From assembly GCA_950072105.1 (NCBI GenBank), contig CATMOE010000005.1, positions 41,879 to 105,878 of the forward strand: a DNA stretch of 64,000 nucleotides. The letters are read 5' to 3'. Positions 38,440 to 48,425 of this stretch are shown here, one piece after another. This DNA is from an uncultured Dehalococcoidia bacterium. Lineage in GTDB: Bacteria > Chloroflexota > Dehalococcoidia > Lucifugimonadales > UBA3495. Every line of letters begins with the position of its first letter. Within the stretch, counting starts at the first letter, position 1. Both the position numbers and the translations under genes were made by a program. The notes under the pieces are model-generated. The model was given only the letters and a program-made list of their open reading frames with translations, did no database searches and was not told the origin of the DNA.

Positions 38440-39267
38440 GTGTTACAAGTAACCCTAAAACTAACCGGTATTTTCGCGGTCGTGTCGTTCTTGGCCATAG
38501 CGTGTGGTGGCGGCGATGTCCCGACGCAAGCTCCGCAGAATACAACAGCTCCGCCTGACGTCTCTTTCGGCCAACCGGGCGGCCCGATACCGCCCCACGC
38601 TTTCGTGGGGACAGTGACCGTTGACGGAGCGACTGCTGTCGATGGCACCCAGGTTACGGCATTTCTGGAAGGCGTACCGGATTCGGTGGCGGGGACCACG
38701 GTTACCGATGGCCGCTACGTTATTAAAATAGTCCAACGTAGCAGCACCCTCTTCGCCGATCGAAAGATAATCTTCAAGATTGGCGGACGGGACGGCAGCC
38801 CCACGGCTGTCTGGACCTCCGGGGAGGCCACTGAGTTGAACCTGTTGGTTGGCTCGGGCGCTCCGCCCGCGGTAAATGCTCCGCCCCCGGTCGATGTTCC
38901 GGCAGGAGCGCTTGCGATTTCCACCGAAGGTGACACGCTGAAATTCGACCAAGCCAGCCTGGAGGCCAAAGCCGGGTCCACGATTACGGTGGTTTTCCAG
39001 AACGCCTCCACCATCAATCAGCACAACTGGGTGTTGGTGCAGTCAGGAACGAAAGATGAGGTGGCCGCCGCCGGGACCGAAGCGGGAGCCGAAGCTCACT
39101 GGATCCCCCGTAGCGACGACCGAGTGCTCGCGAAATCTGGCCTGCTGGAGCCCGGTGGGACTCAGGGAGTCAGGTTTACCGTGCCGGCCGCCGGTACCTA
39201 CCAATTCGTATGCACTTTCCCTGGTCACAATTTCACCATGTTCGGTGACTTTGTAGCGACCCCGTAA
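38440..39267 (+). CDS. Auracyanin/azurin-like blue copper lipoprotein with an extra N-terminal beta domain
   Basis: Lipobox LAIAC; Cu ligands HNWV and CTFPGHNFTM. Confidence 0.9.
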   Translation: MLQVTLKLTGIFAVVSFLAIACGGGDVPTQAPQNTTAPPDVSFGQPGGPIPPHAFVGTVTVDGATAVDGTQVTAFLEGVPDSVAGTTVTDGRYVIKIVQRSSTLFADRKIIFKIGGRDGSPTAVWTSGEATELNLLVGSGAPPAVNAPPPVDVPAGALAISTEGDTLKFDQASLEAKAGSTITVVFQNASTINQHNWVLVQSGTKDEVAAAGTEAGAEAHWIPRSDDRVLAKSGLLEPGGTQGVRFTVPAAGTYQFVCTFPGHNFTMFGDFVATP

Positions 39268-39418
39268 GCCTTGGCCGCGTTAGGACTGCAAGAATTGATA
39301 TGTCTCTGCCCAGGCCAGATAACTTGTGCTAATAGGCGGTCAGAGCCGGTTTACAAGCCTAGAGGACCTCTGATACGATGTTTCCATGGGCCCTAAGTTA
39401 ACCCCCAGCTACTTGCGT

Positions 39419-39496
39419 GGCGCGTTCGTCTAGTTGGCCCAGGACACCGCCCTCTCAAGGCGGAGATCGCGGGTTCGAATCCCGCACGCGCTACCA
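39419..39496 (+). tRNA. tRNA-Glu (anticodon CTC)
   Basis: Acceptor stem GGCGCGT/ACGCGCT, anticodon arm CCGCC-CTCTCAA-GGCGG, T arm GCGGG-TTCGAAT-CCCGC and encoded CCA. Confidence 0.97.
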
Positions 39497-39510
39497 ATCG
39501 TTGAATCTCG

Positions 39511-39541
39511 AAAAGGCCCCCGGAATACACCGGGGGCCTTT
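39511..39541 (+). terminator. Intrinsic terminator after the tRNA
   Basis: AAAGGCCCCCGG-aataca-CCGGGGGCCTTT. Confidence 0.85.
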
Positions 39542-39798
39542 CAATTTGGGTCTTGTTAACATAAACACAGATCGGTTTTATCTCCCGGATGATCTACGCC
39601 CCGATCTGAAATTACATGCATCATCCGGCGGGCTGAACGATCGCGGAACCCGGCGGCTCGGTGGCCGGACAAAACTTTCTCCTCTACCTTTGGTGGCTAG
39701 GCGGAAACCGTTTATCGATACGAGTTGAGGCTGAGCGGCCAGTGTGATTAGTCGCGACGGTCTTCTTTCGCAGCCGAGGTTATCGCTTGTCCTCGGGC

Positions 39799-41094
39799 TT
39801 AAGGGAGCGGCGGCAAGGTTCCCAAGTTGTTAAGCGAGAGGGCGCCTCCCCCGCAGGCCTCTCCGGGGGTGCTTGAGTGTTCGGCGGGGTCGTTGGGTTG
39901 GTGCAAAAGCAGATCAATGTCGAAATGAACCATGTCCCCTTGGTAGCGGTTGTCCGCAGCCTCGTCGATCCTGAACAATAAAAGCAAGTCTCGGGTTTCA
40001 CCGGAGCCTAACCCTCCGAGTTCCACGCATAGATCCTCGACCGCGCCCAGAGGCACGGAAGCCAGGAGTTCAGTGGAACTTTCCTCAACGCCGAGCTCGA
40101 AAAAGCGCCCCAGATCATTTTGATCCGGTGTCACCAGCCCCGTGCAAGCAGGTGGCGACCCAGGTGCGTATGCGCCCCCCTGGCTGGTACATTCTGCCTC
40201 CGAGAGGATGCCGCCGCTTTCAGTCACGTTATAGATGCGAATCGCCAAGTGCCCATCCACGCCCCCGGAATTGGTGAGTTGAACCGGCTCTGGGGCGATA
40301 GGCTGGCCCGGCTTGCTTTCCATTGACAGGGTTGTCAGAACTCCAACGTTCAAGTCCAAGCCGATGAGCCCGTCTACCGCTTGTTCCCCTTGAACCAGAC
40401 CAAAGCCGCTATCGTCGTCGGGCCCCGGTACCCCCATGTCGATGGCGGTGCTCTCCATTTTCGAATAAATCTGGGAAGGGGTAATCAGGGGCTCTGCGTC
40501 TATCATCATCGCTGCCAATGCCGCGGCATGCGGAGCAGCGGCGGAGGTACCGAAGAAATTGGGGAAACCATCCTGCTCGCAACATCCACCTCCCGATGCA
40601 TCGGACGATCCGAAGAAGGTAGTGTTGGTGCCGTCGGGGGCAACGATTTCGGGCTTGGCCCGCACTTCGGCCGTTCCTAGCCGGACGCCCGAGACATCGA
40701 ACAGGATGGGCGTCGGCCCCGCCGATGAGAAGGATTCCAATTCGGGCGGGTCAACTCCGAAGGCGGGTGTCTTAACATAGTCGGCGGCGCCGGTGGCCTC
40801 GGCTCCGGCGGCGTTGGCGTGTCCGTAAATAGTTCCGCTGTTGGTGGCGAATTCATTGATCGCGCTCGAGCCGAAGATCACGTATTTCATGAAACCGGGA
40901 TTCGCTCCGCTGAAGACCCCGATCAGTACATTGACCGTGAGGTTCGAACCCGTTGTGTTGGTGTAGGCGAAAACTTCACCCGGGTCGCCACCCACGTTTC
41001 CCACAGTGGCCCCGGCGATCGCGGTGGTTATCGCCGCATCTATCAGGAAAATGTCCAGGTCGTTGGCAGCGCTGGCGCTGCGGCCGAGACCGGA
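39799..41094 (-). pseudogene. 5'-truncated S8 subtilase remnant with a C-terminal TasA/CalY-like domain
   Basis: FSSAGP, KPEIVAPDG, FFGTSAAAPH (catalytic Ser) and SGFGL are present. The catalytic Asp/His region and signal peptide are absent. The frame stays open through ANDLDIFL up to a stop at 41095-41097. Confidence 0.75.
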
Positions 41095-41375
41095 CTAGAG
41101 GACTTAACTGCCGGCCTAACCTCTGGCTCGACGGATACGCCTTCGGCGCCATAAAGTTCCCAAGGCTTGAAAGACTCAACGAAAGCCTTGGCTTCTTTCA
41201 TAGTCGGTAATCCGTCTTTCGAATTCCTTGGGTCATATTCGGCGGTGGTTACATAGGCGGCGAATCTTTGGTTGACCTCCGTAAACCCACCGATTCTCTG
41301 TTCCCGTCCGGTTACGTCGTTGGTGAGTACCAGGTTCTGTCCCCGTCTCGCGTCTTGCCAGTAAACTATAATCAT
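41043..41375 (-). CDS. Hypothetical protein whose 3' end runs out of frame into the subtilase remnant
   Basis: Globular-looking MIIVYWQ...YDP...EAKAFVESFKPWELYG. Start uncertain. Confidence 0.6.
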   Translation of the reverse strand: MIIVYWQDARRGQNLVLTNDVTGREQRIGGFTEVNQRFAAYVTTAEYDPRNSKDGLPTMKEAKAFVESFKPWELYGAEGVSVEPEVRPAVKSSSPVSAAAPALPTTWTFS

Positions 41376-41795
41376 TAAGATTTCCAGATTGATAAGAATT
41401 AACCGCGCCTCCCGTTTCGAGGACTCGTCCAGAAAGATTACCAGGGCGTTCTGGTCCAAATCTCCAGTGCTGGACTGAGCCGGTTATCTTAAGCCCAGGC
41501 CGCGGCTGGCGGAGATGGCGAACCGTCGGATGCTAACACAATATCAACTAAATGACGGCGTAGTCTATGAGTCATTCTACCTAGATTTGCTTTATATAAC
41601 CTTTGTTCTAGGTTTCAGTGTTCTCTCGGATAAGACCACCATCAGCTTATGCTGGGCGCTACGCCGATAGACACGGTCTAGGCGGATTTGGCGCGAGAGC
41701 CGCGGAAAACAATTGGATGGACATACTGGAAGGTGCTCTATGGACCAGTTCTGCCATAACGTGCGTGGCAGATTATATTAGCTCGTGGAGGGTTT

Positions 41796-42275
41796 ATGAA
41801 AAGGACCTCACTGATAACTTTAGGACTTTTTACCGCCACGTTGGTCTTAGCCATCGCCTGCAGTGCTCCCGAGCCTACAAAGACTCCCGCTCCTCGCTCG
41901 CAATCCGAGATCGACAGTAAGCGGGGCCGGCCCATCATCAGCACGGTAGGCGACGCATTGAGATTCGATAGGGCCGAACTTCGCGAAACCAATCAGGCGT
42001 CGATAAAGCTAACTTTTGTCAACGCGTCCAAGATTTACCAGCACAACTGGGTGCTGGTGAAGGCTGGCACTAAAGACGCGGTGGCAAGTGCCGGCGCGGC
42101 CGCGGGCGCCGAAAATGGCTGGATCCCGGCCGGGGATGATAGGATTCTTGCCCACAGCGGTCTGTTGGATCCCGGCGAGACGGAAGTGGTAAGTTTCAGC
42201 GCCCCATTCGTTGGGACGTATCAGTTCGTGTGCACCTTTCCTGGGCACGCCGCCACCATGTTCGGGAATTTGTAG
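41796..42275 (+). CDS. Second auracyanin-like blue copper lipoprotein; last codons probably frameshifted
   Basis: Lipobox LAIAC, HNWV and CTFPGHAATM; strong similarity to the cupredoxin domain at 38440-39267. Confidence 0.88.
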   Translation: MKRTSLITLGLFTATLVLAIACSAPEPTKTPAPRSQSEIDSKRGRPIISTVGDALRFDRAELRETNQASIKLTFVNASKIYQHNWVLVKAGTKDAVASAGAAAGAENGWIPAGDDRILAHSGLLDPGETEVVSFSAPFVGTYQFVCTFPGHAATMFGNL

Positions 42276-42432
42276 CGACGGGGCTAGCCCGGCCTAACAG
42301 GTGAGATAGTCTCGGCTGGGGAGATTCCAGTAGCGGTTGGACCGAATCGGCAGGCAAATCACCCGAACATGCCGGTTCATAGAGCGGCAGCTAGGTTCCC
42401 CATCCGGCGAAAATTGGGATAACATAACGCCG

Positions 42433-42888
42433 ATGAGATTCTTCCTGCGGTCTTTGTTGCTACTCAAGAGCGGCGTGGTTCTGCTGGTCAGGTTGCTTTG
42501 GACGGTTGCCAGGCTTTTGGCTGGGGCGCATCCTCTGCAAACCGGCAAGTCTGGGCGGGGCCGGGAGCCCGGCGGCCGGACGCCGGTTCGGGTCCGGCGG
42601 GATTGGGACGACCACCGTGTCGGGACAGTCCGCTGGTCCGACTTGGGAAACCCCCGTTGGGACATGGTTTCGGGCGGGACCCAAACTCGAACGCCCCAGC
42701 CCTTCGTCCACGGCTACGTGATGTGCGACAAAGTGAGGGGCGATATTGCCCACTCATGCATCCACGGGCCCGCTCCCCACAACATCAAGGTATGCATTGT
42801 CGAAAAGGACAACAGCAGACAGGTCTGGGATTACTTGATGAAGATCGTGGGGGCCAGACTGCCCCGGAGCCACTTCGACAATAGGTAG
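42433..42888 (+). CDS. Hypothetical protein with clustered Cys/His residues
   Basis: HGYVMCD, AHSCIHG.APHNIKVC and a hydrophobic N-terminus. Confidence 0.65.
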   Translation: MRFFLRSLLLLKSGVVLLVRLLWTVARLLAGAHPLQTGKSGRGREPGGRTPVRVRRDWDDHRVGTVRWSDLGNPRWDMVSGGTQTRTPQPFVHGYVMCDKVRGDIAHSCIHGPAPHNIKVCIVEKDNSRQVWDYLMKIVGARLPRSHFDNR

Positions 42889-42913
42889 CCGGTGGCTGGG
42901 GACAGGAAGTCCC

Positions 42914-43303
42914 CTAGCCCAACACCGCGATAATCTCCAGTTGTACCTGCACCCCCGGTGGGAAGGCGTCGTATTCGATGGCGTGACGGGCCGGACGGTT
43001 GTTTTCGTCGGGGAAGAGCTTCAGCCACGGCTTGTTGACCGCGTCCCGCTGGGACCGGTCCTTCATCCAGACCTTGACCGACCCAATGTCTTCTATGGTG
43101 CCCCCGGCGTTCTCCACCAGCGCCTGCATGTTTTGGAAGGCGAACTCGCATTGGCTTTCCAAGTCGTCGGGAGGGGTTCCGGTGGCGGGGTCGATACCTA
43201 TGATGCCGCTGGAGAATAGAACGTTGCCCACCAGGGCGCCCATGGGGATAGGCGCGCCGTGATGGACACCTTCAACGTGGATCGAGCGTCTCTTTCCGGC
43301 CAT
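42914..43303 (-). CDS. RidA/YjgF family protein (2-aminomuconate deaminase-like)
   Basis: SSGI.G.DP, Q...AFQN, N..W...FP...RPARH and VQLEIIA; GGAGG RBS. Confidence 0.92.
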   Translation of the reverse strand: MAGKRRSIHVEGVHHGAPIPMGALVGNVLFSSGIIGIDPATGTPPDDLESQCEFAFQNMQALVENAGGTIEDIGSVKVWMKDRSQRDAVNKPWLKLFPDENNRPARHAIEYDAFPPGVQVQLEIIAVLG

Positions 43304-43532
43304 GTAGCCTCCTTTGATGGTTGAGGATGGAGCTTGTCTGTCGGCCAGAGGCCGGGCGGCCAGGGTCTTAACGGAAGATCGATACACGAGGGCTTATTGG
43401 AGTTCTGGCCCTGGCGTCGACCGCAAACATATTAGCACAGGGCAGGTTGAGCGGCTTGGTTCGACAGATGGGCCTCCGAGGCTCCCGGTAAAATCACCGG
43501 CGGTCTCCAGCGACGGTGCTATACTCACCCCC

Positions 43533-44408
43533 ATGACTCCCCTCTCCCTTGGCCTCGTCCTTCTGTCCGCCCTGGCCCACTCCTCCTGGAATCTGATGCT
43601 GAAAAAGTCGGACAACCAAGAGGTATTTATATTTTGCCTCTTGGTGGCGTCGGCCGTGTTGCTAGCGCCGTTGGGCGTAACGCTATTTTGGCTATTTCCT
43701 TTCGACCCCATCGGCTGGCTGTTTGTTTTGGCCACCGTGATTCTTCATGTCTTTTATTTCATACTGTTGGGGCGCGGCTACGCCCAAGGCGACCTATCGT
43801 TGGTCTACCCCATCGCCCGAGGGTTCGGCCCGATGTTGGTGCCCATTCTGGCGGTGATCTTGCTGGGGGAAACCATTGCCTTCCCGGCGGTATTAGGTAT
43901 CATCGCGATCGTCGTCGGGATTTACATAATCTCGTGGACCGGGGAGCTTCAGCGGTTCCTGTTCCAACCCTGGAGCATCCTCAGCAACACCGGCGCCCGC
44001 TACGCCGTCCTGACCGGCCTCACCATCGCGGTCTACGCCATCATCGATAAAAGGGGTGTCAGTCACGTACAGCCCTTTCTGTACATGTATCTGATGACCT
44101 TGGGTTCGGCCGTCTGCCTGTTTCCATACATCCGGCGAAAGTGGGGAACCCAAGCTCTGGGACGGACGTGGCGTTCCCACCGGAAGTCTATCGTGGCTGC
44201 CGGCCTGCTGACTTTCCTGGCCTACGGGTTGGTGCTCACCGCCTTTTCCCTGTCGCGGGTGAGCTACATCGCCCCGGCGCGAGAGGTGGGGATAGTCGTC
44301 GGCGTGTTGATGGGAGTGGTTATCTTGAAGGAGCCCTTTGGCCGGGCCCGGCTCGTTGGGTCGGCGGTCATCATGTTGGGCCTGGTGGCGATCGCCGTCT
44401 CGCCCTAG
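43533..44408 (+). CDS. EamA/DMT family transporter
   Basis: SALAHSSWN, GDLSLVYPIARG, APAREVG and LKEPFG. ATG lies 7 nt after TATACT. Confidence 0.92.
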   Translation: MTPLSLGLVLLSALAHSSWNLMLKKSDNQEVFIFCLLVASAVLLAPLGVTLFWLFPFDPIGWLFVLATVILHVFYFILLGRGYAQGDLSLVYPIARGFGPMLVPILAVILLGETIAFPAVLGIIAIVVGIYIISWTGELQRFLFQPWSILSNTGARYAVLTGLTIAVYAIIDKRGVSHVQPFLYMYLMTLGSAVCLFPYIRRKWGTQALGRTWRSHRKSIVAAGLLTFLAYGLVLTAFSLSRVSYIAPAREVGIVVGVLMGVVILKEPFGRARLVGSAVIMLGLVAIAVSP

Positions 44409-44516
44409 CGGGTTAAGCGGGGCCGCAGGCTGAAGGAGTACTGTATAATACGCGGGGCCGCCTCCCTGGCGTTCCAAAGCGGCAATACTCTATCCAATAT
44501 CGACAAGAAGGTAGAA

Positions 44517-45599
44517 ATGGCTGATCAAGAACGACTGGTCAATTCATTTTGCGAGATGGTACAGATCGATAGCCCCTCGGACGAAGAGGAAGACGTTGCC
44601 CGGCACCTGGTAGACCGCTTGGAAGGATTAGGGTTCCAGGTGGCCCGGGACGCCCACGGCAACGTGATCGCGTCTGAAGAGGGCGGTCAACCCTTGCTCT
44701 TATCGGCCCACATGGACACGGTGGAGCCGGGCCGGGGCATCAAACCCAGGATACAGGGAGACCGTATCGTTTCCGACGGGACAACCATATTGGGCGGCGA
44801 TTGCAAAGCCGGGGTTGCGGCCATTCTGGAAGGCCTGCAGTCGATCAAAGACGAAGGGCTGACCCGTTGTCCGGTGCAGGTAGTTTTCACCCGGGGCGAG
44901 GAGATCGGACTGATTGGCGCCACCAACTTGGATTACTCCATGATCAGAGCCAAAGAGTCGGTGGTGTTTGACGGCAATGGACCGGTCAACACTATCACCG
45001 GAGCCAGTCCCACTTACGTGGGTTTCGACGTGACCGTCAAGGGCCGGGCGGCCCATGCGGGAGTTGAGCCGGAGAAGGGGATCTCGGCTATCCGCATCGC
45101 GTCAGACATCATCTCCCAGTTGCCCAACGGGCGATTGGACGAAGAAACCACTTTCAACGTTGGGACCATCGCCGGCGGCTCGGTACGTAACGCGGTGCCA
45201 TCCGATGCTACCTTTAGCGGCGAGTTCCGCAGCCGCAACACCGAGACCCTGGACCTGCTGCGGATGGACGTCGAGGCCGTTTTTGAAAAGGCACGGCAAA
45301 AGTACTCCGAAGCCACCATCGATGACCAATTAGAAGTGTTATTCCATATGTATAACCTGGACCCAAACGATCAAATCGTGAAGCTGGTGACCCGGGTGAT
45401 GAGCGATCTGAACCTAAAACCCAACATCAAGCCCTCAGGGGGCGGCACCGACGCCAACGTGATGCGGCACCACGGCATCGAATGTGTCGTGGTCGGAATG
45501 TCCACCAACGAGATGCATACGATAAACGAATACGTGGTGATACCTGACCTGGTAAACACAGCAATCTTTTGTCAGAACGTGCTCACGGCAAAACCGTAA
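44517..45599 (+). CDS. M20-family metallopeptidase (peptidase T-like)
   Basis: SAHMDTV, LGGDCKAG, GEEIG, GRAAHAG, GGGTDAN and HT..E. Confidence 0.93.
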   Translation: MADQERLVNSFCEMVQIDSPSDEEEDVARHLVDRLEGLGFQVARDAHGNVIASEEGGQPLLLSAHMDTVEPGRGIKPRIQGDRIVSDGTTILGGDCKAGVAAILEGLQSIKDEGLTRCPVQVVFTRGEEIGLIGATNLDYSMIRAKESVVFDGNGPVNTITGASPTYVGFDVTVKGRAAHAGVEPEKGISAIRIASDIISQLPNGRLDEETTFNVGTIAGGSVRNAVPSDATFSGEFRSRNTETLDLLRMDVEAVFEKARQKYSEATIDDQLEVLFHMYNLDPNDQIVKLVTRVMSDLNLKPNIKPSGGGTDANVMRHHGIECVVVGMSTNEMHTINEYVVIPDLVNTAIFCQNVLTAKP

Positions 45600-45600
45600 A

Positions 45601-45781
45601 AGCATTCAGCTATCAGCGGTCAGCGCCCACCGCCCACCTCCCCCAAGGCTATTGTTGCTGGGGCAAAAGGTCAATCTCTTTACATGGATAGGACCGGTGT
45701 TTCGTTCCTCTGGTTACGAACCGCGCGAATGGGTCTGTTCCTGAAAGGTATGGGGGCGGGAAGCCCTGACAGCTGAAAGCT
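45601..45781. repeat. Heptamer repeat element D (arms 45601-45624 and 45766-45781)
   Basis: agcattcagctatcagcggtcagc ... ctgacagctgaaagct, before AAGGAG. Confidence 0.7.
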
Positions 45782-45797
45782 AACTAAGGAGTGAATT

Positions 45798-46586
45798 ATG
45801 AACGGCGCTGAGTTAAAAGCAATATTGAAAGACGGGGGCCGGGTCTTTGGCACCATGCTAAGTCTGAGCCGGAATCCACGCTGGTTGCCGGTACTGGACG
45901 GCGTGGGTCTGGACTACGCGGTCATCGACACCGAACACGGCGCCCGCAGCCGGGGCGAATTGGGCGATTTCTTGACTATGATGAACACTACCGGCGTGGT
46001 GCCCATCGTCCGCATTCCCATACCCGATTCCCATTACGTCACCATGGCCATGGACGCCGGCGCCCAGGGAATACTGGCGCCCTATTGCGAGACCGTGGAC
46101 CAGGTTAAGGAAGTGATTGGGGCGGCCAAATGGCGTCCTTTGAAGGGCGACGCGGTGCGGCGTGTCGTAGAGACAGGAGAGCACGTCAGCGAGGCCACCA
46201 AGGCGTTTCTTGAAGAGAGGAACAAGAATAGCATCGCCATCATCGGGATAGAGAGTGTCGACGCCGTGAAGAACCTGGAGGCGATCCTGGACGTCCCCGG
46301 TATCGACGGGATCTTCGTCGGACCCAACGACATGAGCATCTCCCTTGGATTCCCCGATCAGTACGACCGCCCGGAATACCAGACCACGGTTAAGCATGTG
46401 ATCGATACTTGTGATGCCCGTGGGATCGCCTGTTTGGTGCACCACCAGAACCCGGAGCTATCCAGTTACTGGATCAACCAGGGGGCCCGATTCATCCTTC
46501 ACGGCACCGACCGCCGTGCCCTGGCCGAAGGCTTCCGCACCGAGTTCACCGAACTCCGCAAGGTGGCCGGCAATCTGCCCAAGTAG
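45798..46586 (+). CDS. HpcH/HpaI aldolase family protein
   Basis: IDTEHG, PIVRIP, DAGAQGI, IES and FVGPND.SIS.G. Confidence 0.93.
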   Translation: MNGAELKAILKDGGRVFGTMLSLSRNPRWLPVLDGVGLDYAVIDTEHGARSRGELGDFLTMMNTTGVVPIVRIPIPDSHYVTMAMDAGAQGILAPYCETVDQVKEVIGAAKWRPLKGDAVRRVVETGEHVSEATKAFLEERNKNSIAIIGIESVDAVKNLEAILDVPGIDGIFVGPNDMSISLGFPDQYDRPEYQTTVKHVIDTCDARGIACLVHHQNPELSSYWINQGARFILHGTDRRALAEGFRTEFTELRKVAGNLPK

Positions 46587-46617
46587 GGCTTACCTTCGTT
46601 GGTTTTCTTGATGACGC

Positions 46618-46646
46618 GTAGGGGCGGGTTTCAAACCCGCCCCTAC
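46618..46646. repeat. GTAG-type REP-like palindrome
   Basis: GTAGGGGCGGGTTT-c-AAACCCGCCCCTAC between convergent genes. Confidence 0.8.
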
Positions 46647-46726
46647 AATGTTAAGGGACTCGTAGTTAGGGGACTGGTACATAAGCGGTGGGTTGCCCGC
46701 AAGTGACCCTGGCGCGTCAAAAACCT

Positions 46727-47014
46727 TCAGCCGATCTCGTCCTGCGATTCCCAACGGCGGCGTAACGACTCGACATAAACCCGATCGTAATCGCCGTGAT
46801 GGGCGTTGCCTTCAGATTCCGCCAGTTGTTCGGCCCAGAGGTACTCCACATCCTCCCACCTGATCGGATAGGGCGTCTGGTCGAAGAACTGGGTGACAGC
46901 TTCATTAGGTCCCGGAGCGTCGACGTATCCCATCATCTGGAAGTTGTCGTAGACGTTGCCCTGGTCCGAGACGAACCGCCCTTTCATGGCTGCCATCACT
47001 ATGAAAGAAGGCAT
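46727..47014 (-). CDS. Hypothetical protein (95 aa)
   Basis: GGAG RBS; aromatic-rich, globular-looking sequence. Confidence 0.7.
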   Translation of the reverse strand: MPSFIVMAAMKGRFVSDQGNVYDNFQMMGYVDAPGPNEAVTQFFDQTPYPIRWEDVEYLWAEQLAESEGNAHHGDYDRVYVESLRRRWESQDEIG

Positions 47015-47031
47015 TTTTTGCTCCAGCAAAA

Positions 47032-47148
47032 AGCTATCAGCTGTCAGCCCTCAGCTTTCAGGTATTAGTATCCGAATGTTGTCTTGGTCCGGCGAACAAT
47101 CCTTCGCTGGGGGGCGAGAGGCCTGGCGGCTGACAGCGGAATGCTGAT
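47032..47148. repeat. Heptamer repeat element E (arms 47032-47061 and 47128-47148)
   Basis: agctatcagctgtcagccctcagctttcag ... ggctgacagcggaatgctgat. Confidence 0.75.
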
Positions 47149-47157
47149 CGACGCCTT

Positions 47158-48312
47158 CTACCGGGTAAGGATGTGTACGGTGGTTACGTCTCCGGCGCCG
47201 GAGCATTCGGCCAAGCCCACTCTGGCATCCTTCACTTGGCGCGGGCCTGCCTCGTGCCGAAGTTGCAGCACCGTTTCATGGATCATGCGGATACCCGTCG
47301 CGCCAAAGGGATGGCCCATGGCCAACAGGCCGCCGTCGGTGTTGGTGGGTATGTCTCCGGTCAGGGCGGTTCGCCCGTCCTCAGTGGCCCGCCAGGCTTC
47401 GCCAAATGGGACCAAGTGCAAAGCCTCGAGCTGTTGCAGTTCGCCGATGGTGGCCGCATCGTGCACTTGGACCAGGTCTACGTCCTCGGGCTTCAGTCCG
47501 CTGATCTCGTAGGCTTCCAGAGCGGCGGGTTCGGTGCGGTAGGGGCTGAAGGCCGAATGGTCGCTGCCTTTGCCGTTGTAGCCACCGGAGGTGAGCACCG
47601 CGGCGGCGATGCGTATCGCCCTATTCTTGTCGATACCGTACCGGCTTAAGGCGTCCTCGGCGACCAGAACGGCGGCGGCGGCCCCTTCGCTGGTGGGACA
47701 ACACTGGTACAGAGTCAAAGGGTCGGCGATCATTCGGGATTGTAGGACGTCCTCCACGGAATGGGTTTCCTTGCGGTGGGAGTAGGGATTGAGGGCGGCG
47801 TTCCGCCGCGCTTTCACCGCTACTTGGGCCAGCGCTGTTTCGGGCGCGCCGGTTTCCATCATGTAGCGGCGCATCCGCAAAGCGTAGCCGGCCATCATGT
47901 GGTCGGCCCCGATGTACCGCTCCGGGCTATCTTCGGCCGTCACGGTCACCGGGCCCCGGGGCACCTTCTCCGCGCCAAAGGCCAGGGCCAAGTCAAAGAT
48001 ACCCGTGGTTATGCCCCAGTAGGCTTGCCAGAAGGCGGTAGAGCCGCTGGAGCAGGCGTTCTCCACGTTAATTATAGGTATCCCGGTTAGTCCTAACCGG
48101 CCCAGGGCGCCTTCGCCCATGGACATGCCGTTGTAGTACACATGCCCGAAGTAGGCCACTTGGATATCACGCCATTGGACACCGGCGTCGCCCAGGGCGG
48201 GCACCACCGCTTCCAAAGCCAGAGCAGGCAGGTCTTTTTCCGGAAACCGGCCAAAGGAATGCAGACCAACCCCGGCCACCATTACCTGACGTCCCGGACG
48301 AAATTGGGTCAA
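47158..48312 (-). CDS. Thiolase family protein (SCP-x / DUF35-associated type)
   Basis: NVENACSSGSTA, CCPTSEGAAA, VHDA and NTDGGLL..GHP.GATG. Confidence 0.94.
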   Translation of the reverse strand: MTQFRPGRQVMVAGVGLHSFGRFPEKDLPALALEAVVPALGDAGVQWRDIQVAYFGHVYYNGMSMGEGALGRLGLTGIPIINVENACSSGSTAFWQAYWGITTGIFDLALAFGAEKVPRGPVTVTAEDSPERYIGADHMMAGYALRMRRYMMETGAPETALAQVAVKARRNAALNPYSHRKETHSVEDVLQSRMIADPLTLYQCCPTSEGAAAAVLVAEDALSRYGIDKNRAIRIAAAVLTSGGYNGKGSDHSAFSPYRTEPAALEAYEISGLKPEDVDLVQVHDAATIGELQQLEALHLVPFGEAWRATEDGRTALTGDIPTNTDGGLLAMGHPFGATGIRMIHETVLQLRHEAGPRQVKDARVGLAECSGAGDVTTVHILTR

Positions 48313-48425
48313 GGATGTACCTCCGCAGTGGGCTAGATTGCTGCCTCAAATGAGAGAACTCGAGATTCAGTGCGATATGTAAGCGCTTGGCCGTCCTTTC
48401 CGATCCGCTTTTAAAGCCTACTGAG

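Noticed and set aside
39419..42900. tRNA-Glu as attachment site of an integrated island
   Set aside because: No integrase and no duplicated tRNA 3' end were seen in the window.
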